Below, one piece after another: positions 45,955-55,546 of a stretch of DNA of 64,000 nt. Source of the DNA: Planctomycetota bacterium (GTDB lineage: Bacteria; Planctomycetota; UBA1135); the NCBI GenBank assembly GCA_021776795.1, contig JAJFFC010000012.1:174724-238723 (forward strand), given 5' to 3'. The notes under the pieces were generated by a model. That model ran no database searches, was not told the origin of the DNA, and saw only the letters and a list, made by a program, of their open reading frames with translations. The first letter of the stretch is position 1, and the number at the start of each line of letters is the position of its first letter. A program made the translations under genes and the position numbers.

Positions 45955-46971
45955 GTGAGCTCGGTTTCCCGAATCATGCCCCCTGCCTCCTTTCGTGCCA
46001 CGGTCCCTGCGGATCTCGACGGCCAGCGCCTGGACAAGGTCGCTGTCGCCCTATTGGGGGCCTCAGTGTCCCGGAGCCGCCTTTCCAGCTGGATTCGTGA
46101 CGGACGCCTGACAGTCGACGGCGAAATCCTGCAAAAGCCGGGTTTGCTGGTGCTACAAGGCCAGGAGCTGGTCCTGGCACCACCCAATTTGGAAATTCCT
46201 GAGCCAGGGTCGGCCCTGGAGCCTGGAATCCTCTACGAAGACGAGCATCTTGCGGTCCTGGACAAACCCGCTGGCCTACCGATGCACGGCAATTCCCCCG
46301 GGGATTCACAAATGTCGGTGGCCAACTGGATGATGGCGCGTTATGGCAAGAGCCTTCCGATTGGCCAAGGTGCGGAGCGGCCGGGGATTGTCCACCGCCT
46401 CGACCGCGGCACTTCTGGAGCTTGCGTGGTGGCCTTTGATCGCCAAGTGTTCGAGGACCTGCAAGAGCAATTCGCCGAGCGGTCGGTGGAAAAGGAGTAT
46501 CACGCCTTGTGCTATGGCAATCCGCGCTTTCAGGGCGATTGGATCGATGCTCGCTTGCAGGCCGACCCCAAGCACCCGCAGCAGGTGCGCACCACCTCGC
46601 GGCAGGACCCAAGCACGCGTGACGCCATGACATGGTGGGAGCAGATGGAAACCTTCGATGGCTTTGTCTTGATGCGGGTGAAGCCCAAGACCGGGCGCAA
46701 GCACCAGATTCGCGTCCACCTGACTTCGATTGGCTGCCCGATTGTTGGCGATCCCTATTACCGCGCCCGCAACTACGGCTTGGGCATGCTGCCGGAAACT
46801 TGCCCCGAAGTGGAGCGCACGCTGTTGCACGCTGCGGTGATTGATTTTGAGCACCCGGTCGATGGCGGCCGCTTGCGCATCCAATCGGAGCATCCGCATG
46901 TGATGCGCGATGTCCTCGCGGTGTTGCGCAAAGAGCGCCCACTCATCGTAGAACCCAAGAAACGCAGTTGA
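45955..46971 (+). CDS. rluD: RluA-family 23S rRNA pseudouridine synthase (RluD-like)
   Basis: 338 aa. S4 domain (RLDKVAV...RSRLSSWIRDGRLTVDG), catalytic HRLDRGTSGACVVA, and GRKHQIRVHL. Confidence 0.85.
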   Translation: MSSVSRIMPPASFRATVPADLDGQRLDKVAVALLGASVSRSRLSSWIRDGRLTVDGEILQKPGLLVLQGQELVLAPPNLEIPEPGSALEPGILYEDEHLAVLDKPAGLPMHGNSPGDSQMSVANWMMARYGKSLPIGQGAERPGIVHRLDRGTSGACVVAFDRQVFEDLQEQFAERSVEKEYHALCYGNPRFQGDWIDARLQADPKHPQQVRTTSRQDPSTRDAMTWWEQMETFDGFVLMRVKPKTGRKHQIRVHLTSIGCPIVGDPYYRARNYGLGMLPETCPEVERTLLHAAVIDFEHPVDGGRLRIQSEHPHVMRDVLAVLRKERPLIVEPKKRS

Positions 46972-48461
46972 TTCGCCTCAGTCTGAGCATCCTTGCCGTC
47001 GGCTTTTTTGCCGGCAACACCTTTGCCCAGCTGGGTGGTGAAATCACCGGCGAATCGGCGAGTTCCGCAGGCACTGCTGGGGCATCGCAACTTCAGGGCG
47101 ATAGTTTGTTCGATGGCGCCAATAATCCGGCCACGGTGTTGGATTTATTCGGCCCCCGCAGTCGCCATCCGCAAGCGCGGTATCGTTTCGAGGTCTTAGG
47201 GCGGGCATTACGCCCCAATCTGACGCAGCGTGACTCCAGTGGAGCACTGATCGACCAAACTGTCGAGGACGGCTTCGGTCCCTGGCTGGGCATGGCAGGC
47301 TTGGCCGGCGATCGCGCGGCTTGGTCCCTCATGCTCCACCCCACTGCCGCGGGGGAGTATCAAGCGTTGCGCGATACCCAGTTGGAGATTGTCACCGTCA
47401 ACCCCGATGGCAGCGGTGGTCCGGGGCATGACCTGGTTGCCGTGGAAACCGAGCTGCTGCAGATTGCCTTGGATGGAGCCTTGGCTTGGCGGGTGAATCG
47501 AGAGTGGAACTTTGGCGTGGGATTGTCCTTGCGCCAAACCGACTTAACCACGGCCTCGGCCACGGAGGTGGGCTTAGACCAACTCAATGGCGCAATCCCA
47601 GACAGCCTCTCTGGCATTTTCGGCGACCTCAGTTGGGGCGAGTTGATCACCGACCTTGGTAGCGCACGCGGTGTCGATGCCTTCCAGGTCAACTTTCGCG
47701 GTGACGCCGATGCTGCCAAGCCGCAGTTGTTTTTGCAATTTGGCGGACGCTGGGAGCCAGATGACCGCACTCGCGTCGGCTTTTGGTATCGCCCACCCTC
47801 GAGCGCGACCAATCTCAAAGGGGAAGTCGATGTCGACCTGGGCTCAGACCTCGGTGCCTTTGTCGAAAGCCTAGAAAGCACCTTGAGTGTGGCTTTGCTC
47901 GATGATCCGACTTCGCACTACGATCTGAAAGTGGCCGGCATTCGCCTGCCGCAACAAGCCGGAGTGTCATGTATGCGCTACTTGCCACAAGGCCGCCGCA
48001 TTCATGCGCGCGCGGTGTGGACCGATTGGTCGGCATCCTTCTCCGGGTGGTCTGCCAGGTTGAGTAACCCGAGCAATCCAGAGTTCACTGAGTACCTCGG
48101 TGGCGATGGCTCGATTGATGTCGACCTTGGCCTATCGTGGAAAGACAGCCTAAGTTTGTCGGTCGGTGGAGAGCAAGACTTTGGTCAACGCTTCACAGTG
48201 CGCAGCGGTCTGGGGTGGGCGCGAAACCCCGTCGGCGGCGCCGTATTAGGTGGTTTGGCTCCTTACAACCAACTTCATGCCGCGGCAGGCGCTTCGTGGT
48301 GGGCCGCCCCCGAGGGGCATGTGGATTGGCACTTGGCGGCAGTGGTCGCTCTTCCGGAAAGCTGGACTTCCGACCGTAATCCAAGTTTCGAAGATCTCAG
48401 CCGCGACCGTTATCGCCAAAGCGTCTGGTCGCTGTTGTTGGCGATGACGGTGAGCTGGTAG
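46968..48461 (+). CDS. outer-membrane beta-barrel, FadL/TodX-like transporter family
   Basis: 497 aa with a TTG start (TTGA overlap with rluD). Signal MIRLSLSILAVGFFAGNTFAQ. GANNPATVL (NPA motif). Alternating beta pattern and a C-terminal aromatic residue (…TVSW). Confidence 0.55.
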   Translation: MIRLSLSILAVGFFAGNTFAQLGGEITGESASSAGTAGASQLQGDSLFDGANNPATVLDLFGPRSRHPQARYRFEVLGRALRPNLTQRDSSGALIDQTVEDGFGPWLGMAGLAGDRAAWSLMLHPTAAGEYQALRDTQLEIVTVNPDGSGGPGHDLVAVETELLQIALDGALAWRVNREWNFGVGLSLRQTDLTTASATEVGLDQLNGAIPDSLSGIFGDLSWGELITDLGSARGVDAFQVNFRGDADAAKPQLFLQFGGRWEPDDRTRVGFWYRPPSSATNLKGEVDVDLGSDLGAFVESLESTLSVALLDDPTSHYDLKVAGIRLPQQAGVSCMRYLPQGRRIHARAVWTDWSASFSGWSARLSNPSNPEFTEYLGGDGSIDVDLGLSWKDSLSLSVGGEQDFGQRFTVRSGLGWARNPVGGAVLGGLAPYNQLHAAAGASWWAAPEGHVDWHLAAVVALPESWTSDRNPSFEDLSRDRYRQSVWSLLLAMTVSW

Positions 48462-48463
48462 CG

Positions 48464-50089
48464 CTACGGCGTGTAAATCCGCGCCGCCGTGGTGGCTAGG
48501 CCAGAGTTCGACTCGCCGCCGCCGCAGTAGACCGTGCCATCTTCCAGAACATGGACCACGCCGCCGCCGTGTGTTTCCGGTAGCGAAGCGACCACGCTCA
48601 AGATGTTGTTGGGGTTGTCGTAAGTCCAGCAGGTGGAAATCGGCACCGGATCATCGAGGTCGCCCTTGGCGCCGCCGACAATCAAAGCGCGGCCATCTGG
48701 CAGTGTCACAATCGTATTGAAGGCCGAATCTTGGGTCAGGTCTGCCTTGGCCGAGTTGGTGTCGGTGGTCGGATTGTAGATTTCAGTTTTACGGATGGGG
48801 CCGATGTTAAAAATGTCGCCGCCAGCGCCGCCGGCCATGTACACCTTGCCGTTCTGCAGCAGCGTGATGCCACCGAGGGCACGCTTCGAACGCATGTCGG
48901 TGGCGTTGCTCCAGGCACCAGTGCCCGGGTTGTAAATCTGCATACCGTTACTGAAGTCTGGAATCGGTATGCCAAACACCGAGATGTGGGTGATGCCACC
49001 GGCGACGAGCCAACGGCCATCGGCCAGGGTGACTGCCATGGCACCAGCTTTCGGCTCATTCATGTTGGGCCCTGAGGTCCAGGTGTTGGTTGCCGGGTTA
49101 TAGATTTCGGTGGTCCGCAACGCGGTCCCCAGCAGGTCCGCGACATCGGCAACGTCGTGAGAATTATTGCCTTCGGTACCGCCCGCAATCAACACGCGCC
49201 CATCGGGCAAAACCGTCGCGGTGGCCGCAGCGCGGTAGCTGCTCATGTTGGCTGCGGCGCTCCAGGTCCCGGCAACCGGGTCGTAGATCTCGGCACTGCG
49301 CAAGACCTTGGTGTAGTGATTGGCGCCACTGCCATAAGGGCCTTGAATGCCACCCATGACCATGAAACGACCGTCTTGTAGCTTCACGGTGTTGTGGAAG
49401 GCGCGCGACTCCGCCATGGTTCCCGGCAACAGTTCGTGCTTGCCGCTAGCGGTATCGAACTTCCAGGCTTGATCAATCGTGGGGTACGGTGTGGAGGTGT
49501 CCGTGAGCAGGGCGGGGCCGCCGCCGCAGATGAACAGACTTAAGGCGCCTTGAGCGCCCTCTTCCCATTCCACCCAGGACAGATTGCTCGAAGCCAGAGG
49601 CGTGACATCTTCGGCACCTTGCCAACGATCTGCCTGGTTCATACTCAGCGCGCGTAGATTCGAAAAATCGTCATAGCGCGCGGCACCAGAGGCGCCTGGC
49701 TCGGTCCAGCCCTGCCAGTACACCGTGGTGTCGAGCATGCCAGGGTTATTGGGAATGGTGAAGGAAAAGGTCCATTCGCCTTGGGCATCGGAAATGCCGC
49801 TGAAACGATTGCCGCCTGCGGCTAGGTCGACTCCGACGGCGAGCTGGTCGAGCGGATCCCCGGTTTGGCCGACGAGGAAAGCGGAGCCAGTGTTTTGGAA
49901 ACTGGGAATCAGCAACACCGGGACATTGGGGGTGAGTCCGGTCAGGGTGGCCGAGGCAGGCTGACCGATGACATCGCCGTAGGTCATCAGTTCACTGGTA
50001 GCGTTGGCCTGGGCACTCAAACTACTACTCAGAAGCAGAAAGGTGAACAGGACGAGGGCAAGGGGGCGGGAGGCAGTCATGGGGCTCAT
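48464..50089 (-). CDS. secreted Kelch-repeat beta-propeller protein
   Basis: 541 aa. Signal LALVLFTFLLLSSSLSAQA. Repeated DGR(F/V/W/A)-h-h-x-GG blades (DGRFMVMGG, DGRVLIAGG, DGRWLVAGG, NGKVYMAGG, DGRALIVGG). Confidence 0.8.
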   Translation of the reverse strand: MSPMTASRPLALVLFTFLLLSSSLSAQANATSELMTYGDVIGQPASATLTGLTPNVPVLLIPSFQNTGSAFLVGQTGDPLDQLAVGVDLAAGGNRFSGISDAQGEWTFSFTIPNNPGMLDTTVYWQGWTEPGASGAARYDDFSNLRALSMNQADRWQGAEDVTPLASSNLSWVEWEEGAQGALSLFICGGGPALLTDTSTPYPTIDQAWKFDTASGKHELLPGTMAESRAFHNTVKLQDGRFMVMGGIQGPYGSGANHYTKVLRSAEIYDPVAGTWSAAANMSSYRAAATATVLPDGRVLIAGGTEGNNSHDVADVADLLGTALRTTEIYNPATNTWTSGPNMNEPKAGAMAVTLADGRWLVAGGITHISVFGIPIPDFSNGMQIYNPGTGAWSNATDMRSKRALGGITLLQNGKVYMAGGAGGDIFNIGPIRKTEIYNPTTDTNSAKADLTQDSAFNTIVTLPDGRALIVGGAKGDLDDPVPISTCWTYDNPNNILSVVASLPETHGGGVVHVLEDGTVYCGGGESNSGLATTAARIYTP

Positions 50090-50134
50090 GGGAACCCTTC
50101 CAGCCTACCAGCGGTGACTTCGCCTAGGGAGCCC

Positions 50135-50569
50135 CTAGAGCCCTTCAAAAGTGGCAATCGCCTGGCGAAAGTCCTCAGGCATGGGGGCGCTGCCGCCCTG
50201 GTCTTGGTCCCAAATCACCAGAACCGCTTCCGCCTCGGCCCAAACCTCGCCGCTATCGCTGGCCACAACCCGGTACTGCTGGGTCAGACTGCGTGTGCCA
50301 AGGGCGGTGGTCTTGGTTTCGATGGTAACCGCACAAGGCCCACGCCCTGGTGCTATGTAGCGCACCGTGGTTTGACCAAGAACGAAGGTGAAGTGATGGT
50401 CCGGCGTGATCAGCCCAAGGTGGTCGCAGTACTGATAGCGCGCCTCCTCGAGCAGGGTCAGGTAGACCGCGTTATTGAGCACACCCTGGTTGTCTTCATC
50501 GGACCAACGAGTCTGGCATTGGGCGCGAAACCGGATGTTTTCACTGGGGGGCACGGCAGGAGCTTCCAT
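50135..50569 (-). CDS. acyl-CoA thioesterase, 4HBT/YbgC-like hot-dog fold
   Basis: 144 aa from ATG 50569. RWSDEDNQGVLNNAVYLTLLEEAR matches the D-x-D-x-x-G-h-V-x-N-x-x-Y pattern. The rest of the 434-aa ORF in the track is an antisense artefact. Confidence 0.75.
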   Translation of the reverse strand: MEAPAVPPSENIRFRAQCQTRWSDEDNQGVLNNAVYLTLLEEARYQYCDHLGLITPDHHFTFVLGQTTVRYIAPGRGPCAVTIETKTTALGTRSLTQQYRVVASDSGEVWAEAEAVLVIWDQDQGGSAPMPEDFRQAIATFEGL

Positions 50570-50578
50570 CGCCGCTGG

Positions 50579-50586
50579 ACTATACT
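50579..50586. promoter_or_regulatory. overlapping divergent -10-like hexamers TATACT (+) and TATAGT (-)
   Basis: Sequence ACTATACT in a 26-bp divergent spacer. Each hexamer lies 9 nt from its own ATG (50596 on +, 50569 on -). No usable Shine-Dalgarno on either side. Confidence 0.35.
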
Positions 50587-50595
50587 TTCCTCTCC

Positions 50596-51042
50596 ATGAG
50601 TCAGGTTCTCGGTATCGACCATCTCGCGATCGCGGTTGACGACCTCGACGCCGCCACGGCGCTGTGGCGCGACCGCTTTGGCTTGCGCGAAGGCGCACGA
50701 GAAGTGGTTGCCGAGCAAAAGGTCGAAGTGCAAATGATGTACGCCGGGGAAACTCGCGTAGAACTGGTTTGCCCCATTGCCGACGACTCGCCCATGAGCG
50801 GATTCCTGAGTAAACGCGGCCCTGGCTTGCATCACGTCGCGCTTGCCGTTGACAATTGCGAAGCGGCGATCGAAAGCGCCCAAGCGGGTGGCGCGCGCAT
50901 GCTCGATGAAGCGCCTCGAGTTGGCGCACATGACACCCGTATCGCCTTTGTGCATCCGCGCTCGAGCGGCGGCGTCCTGACTGAATTGGTCGAGGGCGGC
51001 GAAGGATTTGCCTCGATTTCCCCCGACAACAAACAAGCATGA
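50596..51042 (+). CDS. mce: methylmalonyl-CoA epimerase (VOC/glyoxalase fold)
   Basis: 148 aa. [49 protein letters not shown] overlap with the carboxyltransferase gene. Confidence 0.85.
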   Translation: MSQVLGIDHLAIAVDDLDAATALWRDRFGLREGAREVVAEQKVEVQMMYAGETRVELVCPIADDSPMSGFLSKRGPGLHHVALAVDNCEAAIESAQAGGARMLDEAPRVGAHDTRIAFVHPRSSGGVLTELVEGGEGFASISPDNKQA

Positions 51043-52586
51043 GTGTGGACCCTTTCCAGAAGCTGCGCGAGAAGCGGCAGCAGGCGCAACTTGGTGGTGG
51101 CGAAAAGCGCATTGAAGCACAGCACGCCAAAGGCAAGTTGACGGCACGCGAGCGGATTGAGCTGCTGCTCGACCAGGGCTCTTTTGAAGAGATTGATCCC
51201 TTCCGACGGCATCGTTCGAACAACTTCGGCCTCGAAAAAGATCGGCCTCTGGGCGATGGCGTCGTGGTCGGAACGGGCGCCATCGACGGCCGCGCGGTCG
51301 CCGTGTTCGCCCAAGACTTCACCGTGTTTGGCGGCAGTTTGGCCGAAGAGCATGCAGCGAAGATCTGCAAGGTCATGGACCTTGCCATGACCCACGGCCT
51401 GCCCATTATCGGTCTCAACGATTCCGGCGGCGCGCGCATCCAAGAAGGCGTGGTTTCGTTGGCGGGCTATTCGGAAATCTTCCTGCGCAACACCTTGGCC
51501 AGTGGCGTGGTGCCGCAAATCAGCGCAATCATGGGGCCATGTGCTGGCGGTGCGGTCTATTCGCCTGCTTTGACCGACTTTATTCTGATGGTCGAAGGCT
51601 CTAGCTATATGCACATCACCGGTCCCGATGTGGTCAAGACCGTGACTCATGAAGAGGTGACCTCGGAAGAGCTGGGTGGCGCCGAAGTGCACGAAACCAT
51701 TAGTGGTACCAGCCACTTCACCTGCGAAAGCGATGCTGAATGTCTGGCGCGGATTCGCCGCTTGTTGTCCTTCTTGCCGCAGAACAACACCGAAGAAGCG
51801 CCCCGTGTCGAAAGCGAGGACCCGGTAGAGCGTCGCGACGAAAGTCTCGATACCATCATCCCGGAATCGCCGAATCAGCCCTATGACATCAAGAAGGTGA
51901 TTCACGCCGTGGTCGACGACGGCGACTTCATGGAAATCCAGCAAGGCTTTGCCGCCAACATCGTGATTGGTTTGGCGCGCTTAGGCGGCCGTAGTATCGG
52001 CATTGTTGCCAATCAACCTGCGGTCCTGGCCGGCGTGCTGGACATCGATGCCAGTGAGAAAGCCGCGCGCTTTGTGCGCTTCTGCGATTGCTTCAATATC
52101 CCGATTGTCACCTTGGAAGACGTCCCTGGCTTCTTGCCAGGCACGAAACAAGAGCATGGCGGCATCATTCGCCGTGGCGCGAAGCTCCTGTACGCTTACT
52201 GCGAAGCTACGGTGCCGAAGTTGACCGTAGTCACACGAAAGGCTTATGGCGGCGCCTATTGCGTGTTGTCGTCGAAGCCCACGCGGGGCGATTGGAATGT
52301 GGCCTGGCCATCGGCGGAAATCGCCGTGATGGGGGCAGAAGGAGCGGCGAAGATCATCCACCGCCGCGCCATCGCCGCTGCGGACGATCCCGCGGCCGAA
52401 GAAGCCGCGCGCATCGAAGAATACAAAGAGATGTTCGCCAACCCGTATCTGGCTGCCGAACGGGGCCTGATTGATGACATCATCTTGCCCTCGGAAACGC
52501 GGCCGCGCTTGATTCGCGCCTTGGACCTGTTGGCGAATAAGCGCCAGGCCAATCCGCCGAAGAAGCATGGCTCCATCCCGCTCTAA
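51039..52586 (+). CDS. pccB: propionyl-CoA carboxylase beta subunit / methylmalonyl-CoA carboxyltransferase
   Basis: 515 aa. [45 protein letters not shown] and [10 protein letters not shown]. Confidence 0.92.
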   Translation: MSVDPFQKLREKRQQAQLGGGEKRIEAQHAKGKLTARERIELLLDQGSFEEIDPFRRHRSNNFGLEKDRPLGDGVVVGTGAIDGRAVAVFAQDFTVFGGSLAEEHAAKICKVMDLAMTHGLPIIGLNDSGGARIQEGVVSLAGYSEIFLRNTLASGVVPQISAIMGPCAGGAVYSPALTDFILMVEGSSYMHITGPDVVKTVTHEEVTSEELGGAEVHETISGTSHFTCESDAECLARIRRLLSFLPQNNTEEAPRVESEDPVERRDESLDTIIPESPNQPYDIKKVIHAVVDDGDFMEIQQGFAANIVIGLARLGGRSIGIVANQPAVLAGVLDIDASEKAARFVRFCDCFNIPIVTLEDVPGFLPGTKQEHGGIIRRGAKLLYAYCEATVPKLTVVTRKAYGGAYCVLSSKPTRGDWNVAWPSAEIAVMGAEGAAKIIHRRAIAAADDPAAEEAARIEEYKEMFANPYLAAERGLIDDIILPSETRPRLIRALDLLANKRQANPPKKHGSIPL

Positions 52587-54129
52587 ACCCGTGACTGCGT
52601 CCACTCCGCGTCCCATTCGCAAGCTGCTCATCGCCAACCGGGGCGAGATTGCCGTGCGCATTCAGCGCAGTTGTCGCGACCTCGGCATCGAAACCGTGGC
52701 GATTTACTCCGATGCCGACCGCAATGCCCTGCATGTGCGTTTTGCCAATCAAGCCGTGGCGCTTGGTGGCAACACTCCGGCAGAGTCTTATCTGCGCGGA
52801 GACCGCATCATTGCCGCAGCCAAGGAAACTGGCGCCGATGCCATCCACCCTGGCTTTGGTTTCCTTGCCGAGAATGGTGAGTTCGCCGATGCCGTGGCCG
52901 CGGCCGGCCTGGCTTGGGTCGGTCCCACCGCCAAGTCCATGGAAATCATGGGCGACAAGTTGTCGTCGCGCCGCGCCATGGTCGCCGCCAAGGTTCCTGT
53001 GGTGCCAGGCACCACCGATGCTGTCGACGACCCCGCCGCCGCGCTGCGCATCGCCGAGGGCATCGGCTACCCAGTCATGCTCAAGGCCTCGGCCGGTGGT
53101 GGCGGAAAGGGCATTCGCGTCGTGCCCTCTGCGCAGGAAATGGAAAGTGCGTTCTCGACCGCGAGTGGCGAAGCGCAAAATGCCTTTGGCGATGGCCGCA
53201 TGTACCTCGAGAAGTTCTTGGTTTCGCCGCGGCACATCGAGATTCAAGTTTTAGGCGACAAACACGGCACCGTGCTGCACTTCGGTGAGCGTGAATGCAG
53301 CCTGCAACGGCGTCACCAAAAGCTGATTGAAGAGGCGCCGTCGCCAATCATCGACGAGGCTACCCGACAACGCATGGGCGAGGCTGCAGTCGCCGCTGCG
53401 CGTGCGGTGAACTACCACTCCGCTGGCACCGTTGAGTTTTTGTGGTCCCAAGGCGAGTTCTACTTCTTGGAAATGAACACGCGGATTCAAGTCGAACATG
53501 GCATTACCGAAGAGGTGTATGGCGTCGACTTGATTTCACAGATGATTCGCGTGGCGGCCGGCGAGAAGATCGATGATTGCGTTGGCCTCGTGCCGCGTGG
53601 ACATGCGATTGAAGTGCGGCTCAATGCCGAGGACCCAGACAACGGCTTCCTTCCGAGTTTAGGCACGGTGCGCAACTTGCGTTGGCCCGGCGGACCCGGG
53701 GTGCGGATTGACTCCGGTGTGTATCGCGGCATGGAAGTCACGCCCTACTACGACTCGATGTTGGCCAAGTTGATCGCCTTTGGCCGTGATCGCGAGCAAG
53801 CACGGCGCCGCATGCTCCGTGTGTTGCAAGAATTGCATGTTGGCGGAGTCAAGACCTCCGCCGGGATCGCCTTGCAGTTGCTGCAAACCGAAGCCTTTAT
53901 TACGGGCGACTACGACACCGGTTTCTTAGAGCGTTACGTGGAAGGCGGCCGTGAAGCCCCCAAGCGAGAAGTCACTGACGACCTAGAGCGTGTGGCCGCG
54001 ATTGTGGCCGCCCTTCATCGCCAACGCGCAGGAGCACGCCGCCCTGCCCGCAGTAGTCAAGAATCCTCAGGCGGCTCCAATTGGTTGCGTGCCGCCCGTC
54101 TCGAACAGCATGGGAGGAGTGGCCGATGA
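52567..54129 (+). CDS. biotin carboxylase subunit (stand-alone BC, no fused BCCP)
   Basis: 520 aa. [43 protein letters not shown] and [10 protein letters not shown]. Overlaps pccB by 20 nt. Confidence 0.92.
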   Translation: MAPSRSKPVTASTPRPIRKLLIANRGEIAVRIQRSCRDLGIETVAIYSDADRNALHVRFANQAVALGGNTPAESYLRGDRIIAAAKETGADAIHPGFGFLAENGEFADAVAAAGLAWVGPTAKSMEIMGDKLSSRRAMVAAKVPVVPGTTDAVDDPAAALRIAEGIGYPVMLKASAGGGGKGIRVVPSAQEMESAFSTASGEAQNAFGDGRMYLEKFLVSPRHIEIQVLGDKHGTVLHFGERECSLQRRHQKLIEEAPSPIIDEATRQRMGEAAVAAARAVNYHSAGTVEFLWSQGEFYFLEMNTRIQVEHGITEEVYGVDLISQMIRVAAGEKIDDCVGLVPRGHAIEVRLNAEDPDNGFLPSLGTVRNLRWPGGPGVRIDSGVYRGMEVTPYYDSMLAKLIAFGRDREQARRRMLRVLQELHVGGVKTSAGIALQLLQTEAFITGDYDTGFLERYVEGGREAPKREVTDDLERVAAIVAALHRQRAGARRPARSSQESSGGSNWLRAARLEQHGRSGR

Positions 54130-54656
54130 AATACTTCCTGAAAACCCAAAGCGATCGCCGCCTGGAAGTGGAGGTTGCCGAAGATCAAGGCGAGCAGGGC
54201 TTTCGCCTTGTGGTCGATGGCGAAGAATGCCAAGCAGTCTTGCGCGATGTCGACCGTCTCGGCCAATACGCCCTTGTCCTCGATGGACGGAGCTATGCGG
54301 TTTCGATTGAAGAAACCGATGAGCAGCATTTATACGTCAACATTGCCGGCGAAAGCTGGCAGGTGATTGCCGAAGATGAACGGGAAAAGGCTGCTGGCGC
54401 CATTGCTGCGCAAGGTCCGCCGAAAGCCGAGCAAATCAAAGCGGCCATGCCAGGTGTGATTATCTCGGTGTCCGCCGAAGAAGGCCAGACCGTTGGAGCT
54501 GGCGAAACCGTTGCCGTGCTCGAAGCCATGAAGATGCAAAACGAAGTGCAAAGCCAACATGGCGGTGTCGTCGAAAGCCTGTTGGTGGCTAGCGGCGACC
54601 GCGTCGAGGCTGGGCAAGTTTTGATTAAGCTCGCACCAAATCCTGACGCCGAATAG
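54126..54656 (+). CDS. biotin carboxyl carrier protein with an N-terminal extra domain
   Basis: 176 aa from ATG 54126 (ATGA overlap with the BC gene). Biotinylation motif VLEAMKMQNEV. Confidence 0.85.
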   Translation: MKYFLKTQSDRRLEVEVAEDQGEQGFRLVVDGEECQAVLRDVDRLGQYALVLDGRSYAVSIEETDEQHLYVNIAGESWQVIAEDEREKAAGAIAAQGPPKAEQIKAAMPGVIISVSAEEGQTVGAGETVAVLEAMKMQNEVQSQHGGVVESLLVASGDRVEAGQVLIKLAPNPDAE

Positions 54657-54676
54657 GCGCTGGTTGCCGCCGCAGA

Positions 54677-55546
54677 TTACTTGCGGAACTCAGGCGGGAC
54701 CAGGTTTTCGAGGCCCACTTCGAGGACTTCGATCTTGGCAGCCTGGACTTGTTGCTTGATCCAGGAGCGAATGTCCGTGCCCTCTTCTTCGAGCTTCTTA
54801 AGCCCGGGGTACATGACCAAGACGTGGCGCACGTCGACCGTGTCTTCTGCGGGCATGGGCATGGCCTTGTGGCCCACCACTTCAATCAGGTGGTAGCCGT
54901 AAACCGTGAGCAGAGGGCCGGTGAGGCGATCTTCCATGCTGGTAAAGGAATACCAGTCGAAAGGTTGCACCGCGGTTTCGCGGCCGAAGGTGTAACGCGC
55001 ATCTGCGGTCGGAGCTTCGGAGTCATCGGAGTACTCCGCGACCACTTCGGCGAAGTCGGTGCCGGTTTTGATGGCCTTCGCCGCTTCTCCAATCTTGGTG
55101 TTCATTGCACCGAGGTCTTGCGCGAAATGAGCTTGCATGACTTTGGATGGCAAGAGTGCGGCAACGGCATCGATCAACAAAATGGCGTCACTGCCGGGGC
55201 GGAAACTACGGTAGTAGCTCACCAGTTGGTTGAGCTCGCGACTGCTAATGTCGATGCCATTCACGCGCAGGACCGGGCGGTCATTGGCAAAGGGTGGTGG
55301 GGCAGTGTCTTTGAAGTTGCGCGGCCATGGCTGTTGCGCCTTGCCCGCACCCTCCATGCCCGCAAAGGGGTTGCCTTGCTGTGCGCCGCTAAAGGGGTTG
55401 GCTGGCGCCTTTTCTGTTGGCTCCTGTTTGGCTGGCGCTTCCTTGGCAGCCTCTTGCTGCTGGGCAGGAATCAAGGGTTTGCGCCGTTCTGGCACCTCGG
55501 CCTGAAGCGGGAAGAGCGAGGCAAAACAAAGAAGGCTAAGAATCAT
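54677..55546 (-). CDS. periplasmic parvulin-type peptidyl-prolyl isomerase (PpiC/SurA-like)
   Basis: 289 aa. Signal MILSLLCFASLFPLQA. Rotamase region FAEVVAEYSDDSE...GPLLTVYGYHLIEV. Confidence 0.75.
   Translation of the reverse strand: MILSLLCFASLFPLQAEVPERRKPLIPAQQQEAAKEAPAKQEPTEKAPANPFSGAQQGNPFAGMEGAGKAQQPWPRNFKDTAPPPFANDRPVLRVNGIDISSRELNQLVSYYRSFRPGSDAILLIDAVAALLPSKVMQAHFAQDLGAMNTKIGEAAKAIKTGTDFAEVVAEYSDDSEAPTADARYTFGRETAVQPFDWYSFTSMEDRLTGPLLTVYGYHLIEVVGHKAMPMPAEDTVDVRHVLVMYPGLKKLEEEGTDIRSWIKQQVQAAKIEVLEVGLENLVPPEFRK

Noticed and set aside
45974-46942. 322-aa minus-strand ORF. Similar long antisense ORFs occur at 42764-43747, 50832-51944, 19354-20262, 44695-45486, 54749-55630, 52480-53247 and 51981-52661.
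   Set aside because: Each overlaps, on the opposite strand, a gene with strong family motifs (rluD, valS, pccB, trkA, the FGE-domain gene, the PPIase, the biotin carboxylase). Each has Arg/Ala/Pro/Gly-biased composition typical of GC-rich antisense frames.
50570-51439. Upstream 290 codons of the 434-aa minus-strand ORF 50135..51439.
   Set aside because: This part lies antisense to the well-supported epimerase and carboxyltransferase genes. It is Arg/Ser/Pro/Cys-rich with no family resemblance. Only the last 144 codons (from ATG 50569) look like a hot-dog thioesterase.
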